From: Nageia nagi
Lineage: Eukaryota > Plantae > Pinophyta
Direction of reading: 5' to 3'
Assembly (NCBI GenBank): GCA_050084985.1
Contig: JBITNC010000001.1
Location: 70,246,001-70,310,000, forward strand
Length of the DNA: 64,000 bases
Numbering within the stretch: position 1 is the first letter of the stretch; every line of letters starts with the position of its first letter. Positions 13,874 through 26,448 of this stretch are shown piece by piece. The translations under genes were made by a program, and so were the position numbers. The notes under the pieces were generated by a model, which was not told the DNA's origin, ran no database searches, and worked only from the letters and a program-made list of their open reading frames with translations.

Positions 13874-14482
13874 TGAACCCTCAACCCAAACAGAAAGAGT
13901 GTTCAACATGTGATCTCAATATGGTTACCTCACCACATCAAAGGAATATCTAAAAAATACTCGACGTTCACACAATTCTTTGCCTCGTGATGTTCTTCTC
14001 TATTCCATCCTATTACCTTGAGGGAGTGTTGTGGACTGGGAGAAGAACAAAGAGCAAAAATGTTTCATATGGAAGCCCTTGAGGCTGCCACAGCATTGGA
14101 TATTGATCCTTGTCCAATTCTGGGGCCAATGATGGCTTTGGCAAACATGCTTCTCCCATTGTCCTGTCACCAAAACAAGAGGAAGGTGGAGGGAGTTTGT
14201 ATCCTCTTTTTCCTCGGAAGATTCTAACTAAACATTCATTTACCACAGCACCTCATCCTCAACTTGATCACACAAACATACATCCAGCAAAGGATTCATG
14301 CTATAAATGAAAATTCAATCCATTAATGCCTCTATAGGTTGTCAAGGTAAATACATATTAATTGCATGTTTTTGGACCCCCTTACCGTACTTCCAAACAG
14401 GGTCTTGTTTCCACCAGCCATTTCAGATTCAGAATGGAAGAAAAAGTTACCCCTAGTTGCAAGATGCGTCAAAGATGAAATC

Positions 14483-14504
14483 ATATATATATATATATAT
14501 ATAT
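14483..14504. repeat. (AT)n microsatellite
   Basis: About 11 AT units. Confidence 0.9.
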
Positions 14505-15259
14505 GGTTTTAAACTTGTACAAATGAAAATTGATAAATTACTAAACAATTAAATGCCGTATTAAGTGTCGCAGAACTGAAGGAAGCAATTAATTTGATTG
14601 ATGTCTTTACACACATATGAGCATTTTTCAAAGCTTGCAAATGTCAAATGGAGAATCCAAGCCAAGAGAAAGGTCTTATCTGTGGCAATTCACAAATCAG
14701 CAAGTAATGATAACATTTTCCTAAAAACTTTTTTGAATAAATAAAAAAGACTTGCCAAGACAATTACAATTTACTGGTCATGCCTGACTTGGATAACAAC
14801 TCAGCCTGTTTTAAGAATACTCGCACAGTCTGACTACAATGGTTCTTACAAAGTGCTGGTTATAAATTTTCTTGGAATTGAAATTGAATGAATTTCACAT
14901 GTGAAATCCACCAAGCTCTGCCACTTGTATTTGACATAAATTATACAACAAGAAATATACTATTTGTTGTTCTTTTTGCTGAAAGAAAAGGTATCAAAGT
15001 GAAAAAAAGTGTAGTACATTAGCTAATTCCTCTTCTTTTGGAAAGACCGTTCAAGAAGGAACTTGTTCAGGTAACAACAAACAAACAGTAAAAGAATGCT
15101 TGGAACAACCTTGACATTCTTAGGTTTTGGTGAAGAGAATGTTGAAAGTTTTATCCATTGATAGTAGTTTCTGGAATGAAAATAATATATATTCAAACCC
15201 GTCCTTTGAAAATCAATGATTTATTGCTTTGACATCCTAAAAAAAATTTAAGTACTGAC

Positions 15260-15364
15260 CATCAAAGTTGCTTTCTTCTCTGCATTTCGGGTTCTTCTTG
15301 GGTTCTCAGAAAATAACAGTCTTCCAGATTTTACATCAACAAACGTAACAACTGCTCTTGTTTT
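15260..15364 (-). CDS. SDP: SDP-like S1 RNA-binding protein, last visible exon (KTRAVVTFVDVKSGRLLFS...EKKATLM)
   Basis: ttgcag acceptor, GTCAGT donor, 105 nt, phase 0/0; resembles the KIKVNVV..RKLIFS..EKKRTLM block of At1g12800 as recalled. Confidence 0.85.
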
Positions 15365-15447
15365 CTGCAACAAAAAAATCACAGTAGTGAAACTCGGACT
15401 TTAAAATAGAGCCAAAAAGCAGCATGAGCATATCCAATTCTTTTTAC

Positions 15448-15762
15448 CTGACCAACAAAAGAAGACAAGAATATGGTTGTATCTTGATTGTACAAATTGA
15501 GAAGATTTTGATATTCTTTTGTCATCACTGCAGCAGATTTTTTCTCTTCAGATTGTATAATTTCTTCATTCTTTGGAAAAGTTGTTGATACCAGGTCTAA
15601 TATGCTCTTATCAAAACATGTGATATTTTCTGTCCCCATACCTTTCTGGAATTTCGGTAGATCATAACCCTTCTGTTGCAGCCAGTTTTCAAAAGGAAGT
15701 GGTATCCTCCTTGGACCAAGGTCCCGATACGGAAGAAACCCTAAGAGCGATCCAAACATTAC
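15448..15762 (-). CDS. SDP: SDP-like exon (VMFGSLLGFLPYRDL...FENWLQQKG...FLSSFVGQ), split first S1 domain
   Basis: ggcag acceptor, GTAAAA donor, 315 nt in frame; GSLxGFLPYR and FLSSFVGQ are characteristic of At1g12800-family proteins. Confidence 0.92.
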
Positions 15763-15967
15763 CTGCCAACTAGAAAATATTATCTAGAAACCTTTACCAA
15801 ATCAAAGAGTAAAGAGAGAAGCAAACACATTTACGAACAAATCTGTGATTCTATTTAGTTCAATATGTATATCTTAAGTTATATAACGTTTCCATGGATC
15901 TATTCTGTTTGAATATTGCTCACGTAAGGAGGCAGTTATTTCCAAAACCTTCTGACACAAGACTTAC

Positions 15968-16066
15968 AGAAAAACCTGTTTCATTGCAACTAAGTAGCTC
16001 TAATTCTGCAAATACTCCTGACTTGTGCAAAGTTTCAGCATTTGCCCATTCACGATCCTTGCCTTC
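15968..16066 (-). CDS. SDP: SDP-like exon (EGKDREWANAETLHKSGVFAELELLSCNETGFS)
   Basis: gtag acceptor, GTAAGT donor, 99 nt; matches the DWxKAE..VELIS..GF block. Confidence 0.9.
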
Positions 16067-16287
16067 CTACAAAGACCATTCAATGTCTCAGATGACTATA
16101 CACACAGAAAGATACATCCAAAAGTTCCAAACAATAACAAGTTTGGAAAAGTTATCCAAAATAAATACACAATTAACTAACATTCTCTACAAACCTGGCA
16201 AAATAATCATATCCCTTGAGCCAAAGTATTAATCTTTAAGAAGAAAAATAATTCATTTGAGTAAAGAAGAAAGACTTCTATTTTTAC

Positions 16288-16510
16288 CTTCACAACCCAT
16301 AAGAAGGCCTCGTTGTTCTGATCTGAAATCTTTGCATTCCTTTCAAATTCCTCGCCATGTATATTGTTGACACGGGGTTCCATTTGATGCAAAGGCTTAC
16401 GGAGCACAGAATCGGCTAAACTAGGTCGATGCACTTTTTCATTGGAGACATCATCAGCCCCATCTAAAGGATAAGATGGAATAGAATTAGTCAACTGAGA
16501 GAAATTCTTC
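16288..16510 (-). CDS. SDP: SDP-like exon (KNFSQLTNSIPS...NEAFLWVVK)
   Basis: tgcag acceptor (phase 2), AAG/GTAAAA donor (phase 0), open frame within ORF 16207-16554. Confidence 0.7.
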
Positions 16511-16716
16511 CTGCACATGGCAATCAGACATTTTATCATTTCTATAGAAGCCAATTTCCTTCCATGTTACTTCTTATACAGAACAAGAAGTTGCAGTTAG
16601 TAAAGTCATAAAATGCCATGTGCCATGATAAGTTTTTATATCATATTCTTTGCTGTCCAAAAATAATATATAATAATAATGTCTATTGCAGATTGCAGTC
16701 TTTGAGTGATCTTCAC

Positions 16717-16742
16717 CTACATTCTTCCTCTGGGCACTTGCT
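16717..16742 (-). CDS. Candidate 22- or 26-nt micro-exon of the SDP-like gene
   Basis: Pyrimidine tract plus ttacag acceptor; two adjacent donors (AT/GTAGGT after 16721, AG/GTGAAG after 16717), either of which can deliver the phase 2 needed by the next exon. Confidence 0.35.
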
Positions 16743-17011
16743 CTGTAAAGAAGCATAACAAGCGAGATTGCAATGAACTATACAATAGCCACGGCCTACA
16801 GCCTATAAACTGAATAAAATTATATATTAATCTTTGTGAGGGAGAAAATTGATCTAGTATTATTCAATGTAAATTATACATCAAACATAAGACAGACAAC
16901 TAACATGAAAATAACCACAACGTATGAAGATTCATTTAGCATTGTCTTCAGATCCATCACCTCTGTATGTCCTCTCTGCTAACTGTTGCGCAGAATATGC
17001 TAAGTCCAAAC

Positions 17012-18454
17012 CTGTATCAGTTACATTATGCGTATCATTATTATCCTGCCTTGCAACTTCGCCGACTAAAGAACATCCAGATGAATCGATATGCTCTATA
17101 GATTTTCCTTTATGTTTCCTTTGTAAAAACCGACAACTGAAGGACCCGTAGAAACAGAAGCTTCTAGGTTCAGCGGCACAGATTCAATGCCAGTTGTTTG
17201 TTGTATGTGTTGTACTTCTCCTTCAACTTCTTTATCTTCTCTGCACTCCTGAATGTGTTTTTTTGTTTCCTGGCTCTCCAACTTTACTGGAGGAACAGGA
17301 ACCATGACTGATATATTTATATCTGGCTTAAACATATTGTCAGACTTAGCTGGTATTTGAGCAATGCCATCCATGTCTTGTGTTTCTTTTGAAGAAGAAC
17401 TGCTTGCGTCTTCCTTTTTCTGTGACACAATCATACCATGGGAGAGTTTGTGCTCCATGTATCGATTCGATATTTTTGCATCCATTTCATCATCTCTCAA
17501 TGCATTTGGATTTGTAGGAAACGTTGGCCTGGTCAATGGTATTTCATGCTCTCCTTTCAGCTCTCCTCTCTCATTGATTGATTTCTGTTCAGCATCATCA
17601 GTATTGCCACTGTCAGTTTCTGATCCTGATGAATCCCTGCTTATGACCACCTTTACTTCCAAATCACTGGACATTTTGCTCAAACTATTATCACTCTTTA
17701 TAGCCTCAGGTCTTCGCAAAATGACAGCATCCTCCAGGTCTTTTTCAGATTCATTGTTATTTGTAATTGACAAAGCTAAGGGTGTTTTATGCTGGAACGC
17801 AAATCCACGTGACTTTTTTGCAGGAGATGGCTTCCGCAGTAAAACATCATGAATAATATTCATTGAATTGTGTCCTGTAGAAACAGATTTTGTATCACTG
17901 CCAAGCCTATTTGGATCAGTTAGAGAGGCAAACCCATTTCCTTCCCACCCACGTGCCTTGGTTCCTGGAGAAGATGGCTTTTGGAGTAAGACTTCATGAG
18001 TAATATCCATAGAATCAGAATCTTTAGAAAATGCTTTTGCATGGCCACCAAGCCTCTTTGGACCAGTGGGAGAAACAACCTTTTTTCCTTGCCATGCCTG
18101 TGCCTTGGTTTCAGGAGAGGCTGGCTTTCGCAGTAAAACTTCATGATTATTATTCTTAGAATCAGATCCTTCAGAAAGTGCTTTTGTATGATGGTCAGGC
18201 CTGGTTGGATCAGTGGGAGAGATGACTTCTTTTCCTTCCCTTCTTACTACTCGACGAACACGATCAACAGATTTGCCCTTTCCTGTATTGTTTCTTGAAA
18301 TGGATTTGCTATTTGAAAAGTTTTGCAGTTGCCTTTCTTCAGCATCTATCAATGAATTTCGCAATCTATATTTTAAACGGGCACTGCTTCTTCCCTCCAT
18401 AGATTTCTCAATGTCAAGATGTGAAGCATCTGGATTTAATTTCCGCCCGATGAC
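17012..18454 (-). CDS. SDP: SDP-like exon 2 (large low-complexity exon); 3' boundary uncertain, apparent frameshift near 17125
   Basis: ttgcag acceptor then VIGRKLNPDASHLDIEKSM, continuing the exon-1 motif; frame open to 17096; coding-like sequence continues in another frame to ACAG/GTTTG at 17012. Confidence 0.8.
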
Positions 18455-19498
18455 CTGCAACATTATTCAATTATTCTAAATGTGGTTTAACCACCAGGAA
18501 TATAAAATATGTTCAAAGTAGGACTTAACTATGAGCTAAATTGAAGAAGAAAAAACAAAAGAATTGAATTCATTTCTAAAACAAAATGTTAGCTACGTAT
18601 GCTCGACTCTTGAACCTTTGCACTAGCAGAGAAAATTGAATAAAGAACTGCATTCACTTGGCAGATTTGATATATATCTTGTGGGTTGGAACACTTGAGG
18701 ATCAGACCATCATAGTTAGGCACCAAAACTTTAAATATCACTTTTGATTTAGCCCTTTGCCTCATGAGGTAAAGGATCACCAAACAGACACCAGACTTCA
18801 CACTGATCTGACCTGACATAACTATAGTCCAACATAACTATAGTCCACAAGTTCTAAGTGACCCAACGTCGGTGCACTAATATAACACAGGAAGCAAAAA
18901 TTGATAATTCAATTAAATGATCCCCAATTTGCCCCTGAATGATGCATCTTGGCAACTGTTCCTTTCATTCCAAGTCAAAGAAAATTTCTTGGATTTCTTG
19001 GAGCATGATGCAGAGCATCAATGCGGCTAATTTTGGGTCTCATGCCTTTAGCATGTTATTGGCTATCTTAGCGTACGTGTTGCATGCACTGTCTGTGTTT
19101 TTTATAATAGTGTCTTAGTTAAAATGAGTAAAAATAGAAAGAATGAATAAAATAGAAGCATGCACTATAAAATCATCATGTAATTAAAAATAGAATAGTT
19201 TTCTTTATAAGACAATTAAATTAAATTTAGAATTAGAATTTTTACATAAAGAAACAAAGTAGAGGAGAAAAAGAGGTATGCACAGCCAATGGAAGAAGAT
19301 TATGGCAGCCTCTACGAAGTTTGTAAACTTGTTGTTAAGTTTAATATGAAATTATTATCTTAATTTCTATGACTGGTCTCAATATTTGGCATTCATGATA
19401 AAGCATAAGGTTTCCAATAGCAAGGGAGGCTAAGGGGATCCCAACTGCTTATCCTCATAGAATCAAGATTGACCTGTATTAAGTAGAAAGGGAGTCAT

Positions 19499-21226
19499 CT
19501 AGCTAGGGAACTTTTCATCCCCTTGACACGCCATCTTCTAACACACTTGTGCATTTTTTTGTTGGCCGCTTTTTTTTCCGATGGGTAGATTCGCAAAACT
19601 ATTTTGCATATGCAAATTCACGAAACTATTTTTGCATAGTAATTTCACAAATATGCACAAACAGATTCGTTTTGCAAATATGCAAAAAAATAGGCCAAAA
19701 AAAAGTCCCAAAAACGCAGATTCGCTAAGGGAACCAAAATGACGTTTCAGAGATTTGAACCCAAGTCACTTTGTGATGATCCAAAATACAATTTGGATAC
19801 AAAATAGGCAAATTCAACCTCAATCACCCTGACGTCAGACCTAGGGCATCCACAACAAGCATTCAAACCCTCAAGATGGCAACGTTAGGGTTAGGGCATC
19901 AATATTCCACATGCACAATATTAATATACCCACATCTAGCTAGAAGATGCAATATTCAATCAACAATACAACACAATGCCAACGTCTGATAAATACAAGC
20001 ATATACAACAATGATGATCCAACGCATGCAAAGATGAATAAACACAACACTAGTATGAGATCCAATTGCCCTTGGCAGTATACAAATCATATGGAATGAT
20101 GCAATACAATACCAAGCCCATGAGGGTTGACGTTGGCCTCTCAAGAGCCAACTAGGGCACAACACAAATATCCTCTAACTGGAACAATATCGGCACCATG
20201 GAACAATACGCTCCCTCAGAACCCGAATCCTCTTTACCAAAGGAGCCCTCCTCTGATCCTGATAACCAACTGAATGGTAGAAGCAATACCTTGGAATACC
20301 ACCGAGTGGGCAAGGGTGTTGCGCCAATGCCGGAGACAGACAAGATCCCTCAGCCTGAATGCCCTCTAGATGCTGCGCCTAGGAAGGTTGATTAGCACGC
20401 TAGACTTGTTGTCCTTTAGATGATATGAAAGTATAATGATCAAAAGCATATCCAATAATGAGGCTCCAAGGGTTAATATAGCCTTTCCAGATCCGGATTA
20501 CACCTCAAGTCATCACCCAATCCCCTCATGCCCCAACATTGGCACCTAGAACTCAATCCAAGCCCAACATGGGTATCTAGGCCTCCCTAATGCTCCATGT
20601 GGACCCAAGAATGCATGGTGGGTCTAAGAGGCATGCCTAGGCACTTAGGAGGGCAATGTGGGTCTCAAGGGTCAACATGGGGTTCTAGAAGTCTCCCCAA
20701 GGCTGGCACTGATGTACAAATGCTCCCAATCTTAACGTTGGAGCCATTAAGTGCCCATCCGTCCACTAGATGCTAAATAGACCTTGGGATTCCCATAATC
20801 ATGTATCGGGATCTCCAAGTATAATAAGAACACCCAATCTAAGCTTAGGAGGAAGACATCCCACTTGGGGCTCACAGTGGGGTCCACTGACCCATTAAGT
20901 CTCTTATCCTAAGTTACAAACATGAAAGTCCAATACATTAATAAAATATATTACAAGAACCTTTTGGATCCCACAATTAATTACAATTAAACAAGGGGGG
21001 CATCACACACTCGGTTCAACATCCTAACGAATACACCAACATTCCGGTCAACAATATGCCTCTCAATTTTTTTATTTAACTTATGCTTGACATATTCACA
21101 AAACTATTTTTATATTTTAGTTTCGCGAATATGCATCAAAAACCGGAAAAAAAAAACCAACAGGAAAAATTTCTCGACTTGTCAGAATCTATCAAATGTC
21201 GAGGGGGCGAAGAATCTCCTAGCTAG
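19499..21226. mobile_element. Non-autonomous TIR DNA element inside the CRM 5' LTR (superfamily unclear)
   Basis: Degenerate ~30-bp inverted termini ctagctagGGAACTTTTCATCCCCTTGAC ... GTCGAGGGGGCGAAGAATCTCctagctag; the segment is absent from the 3' LTR. Confidence 0.6.
19772..21007 (-). mobile_element. Solo LTR (1.24 kb)
   Basis: TGTGATG...CATCACA inverted termini; TSD CACTT/CACTC. Confidence 0.8.
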
Positions 21227-24200
21227 ACAACTCCAAGTAGAAAGTGGTCCATTTTTATTATTATTTATAAAGGCTTTGCTTCGAATCGTTGTCCTAGATT
21301 GGTATCTTTGGCCTTGACTGTATCAAATGGTTCCAAAGCCTAGTTTTGGTATATTGTGTACAAAGGAAGACCACGAGCACCTAGAAATGCAATCTTAGCA
21401 GACATGTCGAAAGGGATCACCACAAGACTGGATGCAATTGAGACTGCTCATATTAAAGATGTTAGTGATAGTGAAGAGGAGGCAATTAATCACCCAAAAA
21501 CTCAAGTTGAAGAGCAAGAAGAAAATATTGGAATCTGATGCTAACCATGTGGCATTTCCAAGTCAGCAAATTAAATTTGTCCCTCGTTTGTAACTGTAGG
21601 AATATTTCAGTTTGTAACAGTTAAAGACTTATTTTTTCATGTAACAACTTTAAAATCTTTGTATGAGGTTATAATAGTGTAAAAATATCTCATTGTAACA
21701 TTTTGTAATGAACTGACATAGTATGCAATAGAGGAAATCATTTCAAAAGTTGTGTGATTTTCGTGGTTCCAGTTTTTGAGTCTAACAAAAAATCAGTGAT
21801 CTTTTGAGGCTAATAACTTTTTTAAAAAGCTCAACTTTTTGTGTGTATTAGCTCATTGGAAAGCTGGTTTCAATACCTTTCCAATGATACATAACATGCC
21901 ATACTTGTTTTGAGAATCAACATCACACCAGCCATTTTTTGTGATATTATCATTTTGTAATTTCCAAAATTGTAAACAATAGTGTCTTGGGTCACAAAGA
22001 TTTGCTAGAGTTCTAGCGATCCATTTGCAAATCAATTGTTTGAAAGCTCTTTTCAAGACCTTTCCAACGGTATATTACACTCCATACTTTCGTTAACAAT
22101 CATCATAGTGACATTCCATTCTTTGTGAGGTATTTTTGCTGCTAAATTGTTCATTGATCACTAGAAACAGTGTTTCATGTCGTCAAGAATCGCTAGAGAT
22201 TTATAGCTCTTTTTATCGATCATCATATACTATTAGAAAGGTCTTTTCATTACCTTTCAAATGGTATATAACACTCTATAGTTTGTCTTAATTTTGCTTG
22301 TTCGTCACATATTAGCGATTTTAGTCTATTTGGTGACTGTATTTTGTTGACGATTTTGTTCATTTCTTCATTTTTTATCAAAGCCTTGTTCAATTGGAGG
22401 GTTAGAGTCACCTATGTGGGTCTTTGTAACAATTTATCAAGTTAGTTTCTAAGATTTTTTGCAGGTTCATTGTTGCTAGTGCGTATTGGCCAACAACACT
22501 AACTTGTTACCAATCCTTGAGTTTAATGGTGAAGATTATGAGTACTGGAACATTAAGATGAAGACTTTGTTGATGGGTAGAGATCTTTATGATGTTATTA
22601 AAGATAGTTATGTAGAACCAGCAAATTGGAGCACTCATACAACAACAGATCAAACAACACGAAAGGAAGTTTAGAAAAGGAATTGCTTGGCGCTTTACCA
22701 TGTTCAATTTGCACTAGAGAAAAATAGTTTTCCAAAGATGGTTGTAAAACAACTGCAAATGCATGGAATGCCTTGCAAGATAATTACCAGGGTAGTGACC
22801 AAGTCAAGCAAGTGAAGTTGCAAGCTCTACGAAGAGAGTTTGAAAATTTGAGAATGCAAGAAGGTGAGATTGTTGGCAACTGTTGTGTTCAGGTGAAGGT
22901 TGTAGTCAATAAAATGGCAACTCTTGGAGAAGAAATGTAGAAGGTTGTTGTTGCTAAGAAAATGTTGAGAACACTAACCCCCAAATGGAATCATGTGGCG
23001 ATTATTATTGAGAAGAGTAGGGATTTATCCACTACAGAGTTTGATAAACTAATAGGATCTCTTATGGCTCATGAGGAGAGGTTGAGAGAATCAATTAGTG
23101 GTCTTGAGGAGAAAGCATTCTCTTCTAAGCTGGAAGAAGCCAGTTCCAACGAAACGCAAAGGAAACGGCCAAGACAAAGGTTAGAATTCTTCTAGAGGAA
23201 GAGGTGGTGCAGCTGGCAGAGGTAGAGGGGGCAGCGATAAGAGGAATGTCCAATGTTACCATTGTAACAAGTATGGACATTATAAGAGAGAATGTAATGA
23301 AGGCATTACTGCAAACTATGTTGAAGAAGAGCCTATTGAACCAAATCTGTTCTTATCATACAATAAGGCTGATAAGAATCTCTAATTAGATTCTTGATTC
23401 TGGATGTTCCAATCATATGGCAGGAAAGAGGGATTTGTTTTCTTCTTTGAATCATTCATTCAAATTCAATATCAAGTTTGGAGATGACAAATCTTTCGAG
23501 GTGGCTGCCAAAGGTGTAATGGAGGTGAACACAAGAACGTAAGAAAAAGGTACATGACATCTATTACACACCAAATTTGAAACATAATTTGTTCATATAG
23601 GGCATATAATGGAAAGAACTATAAGTTACTTTTTGAGGATAAGAAATGTGTCATTTATGATAAGAACCATGGAAATAGACTTGTTACTATTGTTCCTATG
23701 ATCAACAATAGATTGTTTCCTTTGAAATTTGGAGGACAAGGGGCCAACTTTGCTAATGTTGTTGTTAAAAATAAGAGTTGGTTGTGGCATCTCAAGTATA
23801 GTCATTTGAATTTTGCAAGTTTGAGGCTGCTAATGTCCCAAGACATGGTTTATGGTTTGCCAAAGGTGAAGGCGACAAAACTCTTTGTCAAGGGTATGCA
23901 TTGGGAAAGCACACCAAACAGAATTTTTCTAAAAGGAAAGCATGGCGGGTCTCATACCCACTTCAATTGGTACATCTGTGCACAACAAGAGCTTAGGTCA
24001 GAACTCTTATTTTCTTACCTTTATTATGACTACTCCAGAATTTGTTGGGTGTATTTCCTCAAGCATAGGGATGAAGCATTTAGTTGTTTCAAGGAGTTTA
24101 AAATTTTGATGAGAATCAGAGTGGTTGCAGCATTAAGTGTTTGAGGACCGATTGTGGTGGGGAGTTTTTCTCTAATAAGTTACTCCAATTTTGCAAAGAT

Positions 24201-26448
24201 AATGGCATTAAAAGGCAACTCACTACTGCCTATACTTCACAACAACATGGAGTAGCAGAGAGGAAGAATAAGATTGTTGTAGAGATGGCTAAGAGTATGT
24301 TGCATACCAAGGGGCTGACAAATTCCTATTGGGTTGATGCAGTCCAAATAGCAATCTATATTTTGAATAGAAGTCCTACCAGCAACTTGGAGAAGATGAC
24401 TCCTTATGAGGCTTGGTATGAAAAGAAATCCAATGTTAATCATTTTAAAGTTTTTGGTTGTTTGGCCTATGCTCATGTGGTTGATGAACTTAGGAAGAAG
24501 CTTGATCTTAAGAGTGAAGCATGTATTTTTGTTTGTTATTGTGAAAGAAGTAAATCCTATAGGCTTTATAACCCAAAAATCATAAAATTGAGGTTTCTAA
24601 AGGTGTGATTTTGATGAAGGGGGAATATATGGTCATCAAAAACTTTATGTTGATGATGGCAACAGTGGTGGAACTACTCCAAGTATGCAGCCCAACCTAC
24701 AAATAATTCAACTAAGTCCACCAACCAACCCTTCAAACAGTCCCAAACAAAGCACTTTTCTCCCAACATCTTTTCATATGTCAAGCTCAAGAAGGAAAAA
24801 GGCATTTCAAATTCATCCTCCTACTCAAGTTTTGGACAACAATTCCAATAGAAGACTTACTAGAGGTCAAGCTCAAGAAATTGACCAAGTTGTTCATAGA
24901 CAAGAGAAGATGCACATGTATGGTGATGAAGATGAAGGTGACCCAAAAGCTGATGTTAATTATGCTTTGATGACTGTTGTTGATTTTGAACCTTCTCGTT
25001 ATGAAGAAGCTTGTACTAAAGGTGTTTGGATGCAAGCTATGCAAGAGGAGATCAATTAGATTGAGAAGAATGACACTGGCGAGATGTAGAACTACCCAAG
25101 GGAAAGAAACGTGAGGGTTCCAAATGGATCTATAAGACTAAGTATAACAATGATGGCAACATTGAGAGACGCAAGGCTAGGCTTGTGACTAAAGGATTCA
25201 CACAAAGGCATGGAATTGATTATAAAGAAACTTTTGTACCCGTAGCTAAGCGAAAATGGTTCTTTCCTTGGCTGCCAAAAGAGTTGGATTGTACATCACT
25301 TGGATGTAAAAGTGTTTTTTTGAATGAATACTTAGATGAATAAGTGTATGTACAGCAACCTCAAGGTTTTGAGGTTAAAGGAAAAGAAACACATGTCTAC
25401 ATGCTTAAGAAGGATTTGTATGGCCCTAAGCAAGCACCAAGAGCTTGGTATACTTTCAGCAGAGTGGCTTCAAGAGAAGCAAAAGTGAACCTACTCTATC
25501 CTTCAAGAAAGAAGGTGATGACATTTTGCTTGTTTGTTTGTATGTAATTGACTTGATTTATATGGGTAGTAATTCCAATTTGAATTATAGTTTTAAAGTT
25601 GCCATGATGAGTAAGTTTAAGATGAAGGATTTGGGATTGATGCACTACTTTCTTGGAATGGAAGTGCACCAAAGCAAAGGCCATATCTTCATTCGTCAAA
25701 CCAAGTATGCAAAGGATATGTTGACGAAGTATGATATGGACAGCTACAAACCAATCCCTACTGCCATTGCACACGGTGAATTGTTATGTAAAGATGATGG
25801 GGCTGTAAAGGTGAATGTAACAAATTATAAGAGCATTATTGGAAGCTTGATGTTTCTCACAAATACTAGACCAAATATTGCGTATATTGTCTCACTTGTG
25901 TCTAGACTCTATATATACGAGTGAGCCATCTTCTTTACATTTGAAGGCTGGTAAAAGAATTTTGAAGTATGTTGAAAGTATTGTTGACTTTGGCATACAT
26001 TATTTTCCTAGTAAAGAGATGGAACTAGTTGAATTCAATGATTTAGATTGGGATAGCATTTTGGATGATCGAAAGTCCACATCTAGTAATTGTTTTTCTC
26101 TTGGATCTGGATTGATCACTTGGAGTTCAAGGAAACAAGGATCAATAGCTCTATCTTCTACTGAGGCTGGGTACCTTGTAGTTACAACAGTTGTTGCTCA
26201 AGCTTTATAGCTCAGTAAAGTGTTCGAGGAGATAGGTGAGAAATAGAATGGTCCTTATTGGAATTGATTGAGCACACAATTGATCATCACTTTGTATTAC
26301 AACATATAAATAGGAGAATACATGACTAGAATAGAGGATCCTATCATTCATTAAACATAGAGTTTAGCTTATCTACTAATAAATCTAACACCTAAATAAT
26401 TTTTCTAACACCTAATCAGCCTATAAAATTTCTAACACCCCCCCTTTA

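Noticed and set aside
14010-14310. PPT-like GAGGGAG followed by TGTTG, with short ORFs
   Set aside because: No partner LTR, TSD or protein motif found; left unannotated.
17364-17852. 162-aa plus-strand ORF
   Set aside because: Antisense shadow of SDP exon 2.
19745-19771. B-box-like gatttgaaccc suggesting a tRNA or SINE
   Set aside because: No cloverleaf or A-box could be supported; it lies inside the TIR element.
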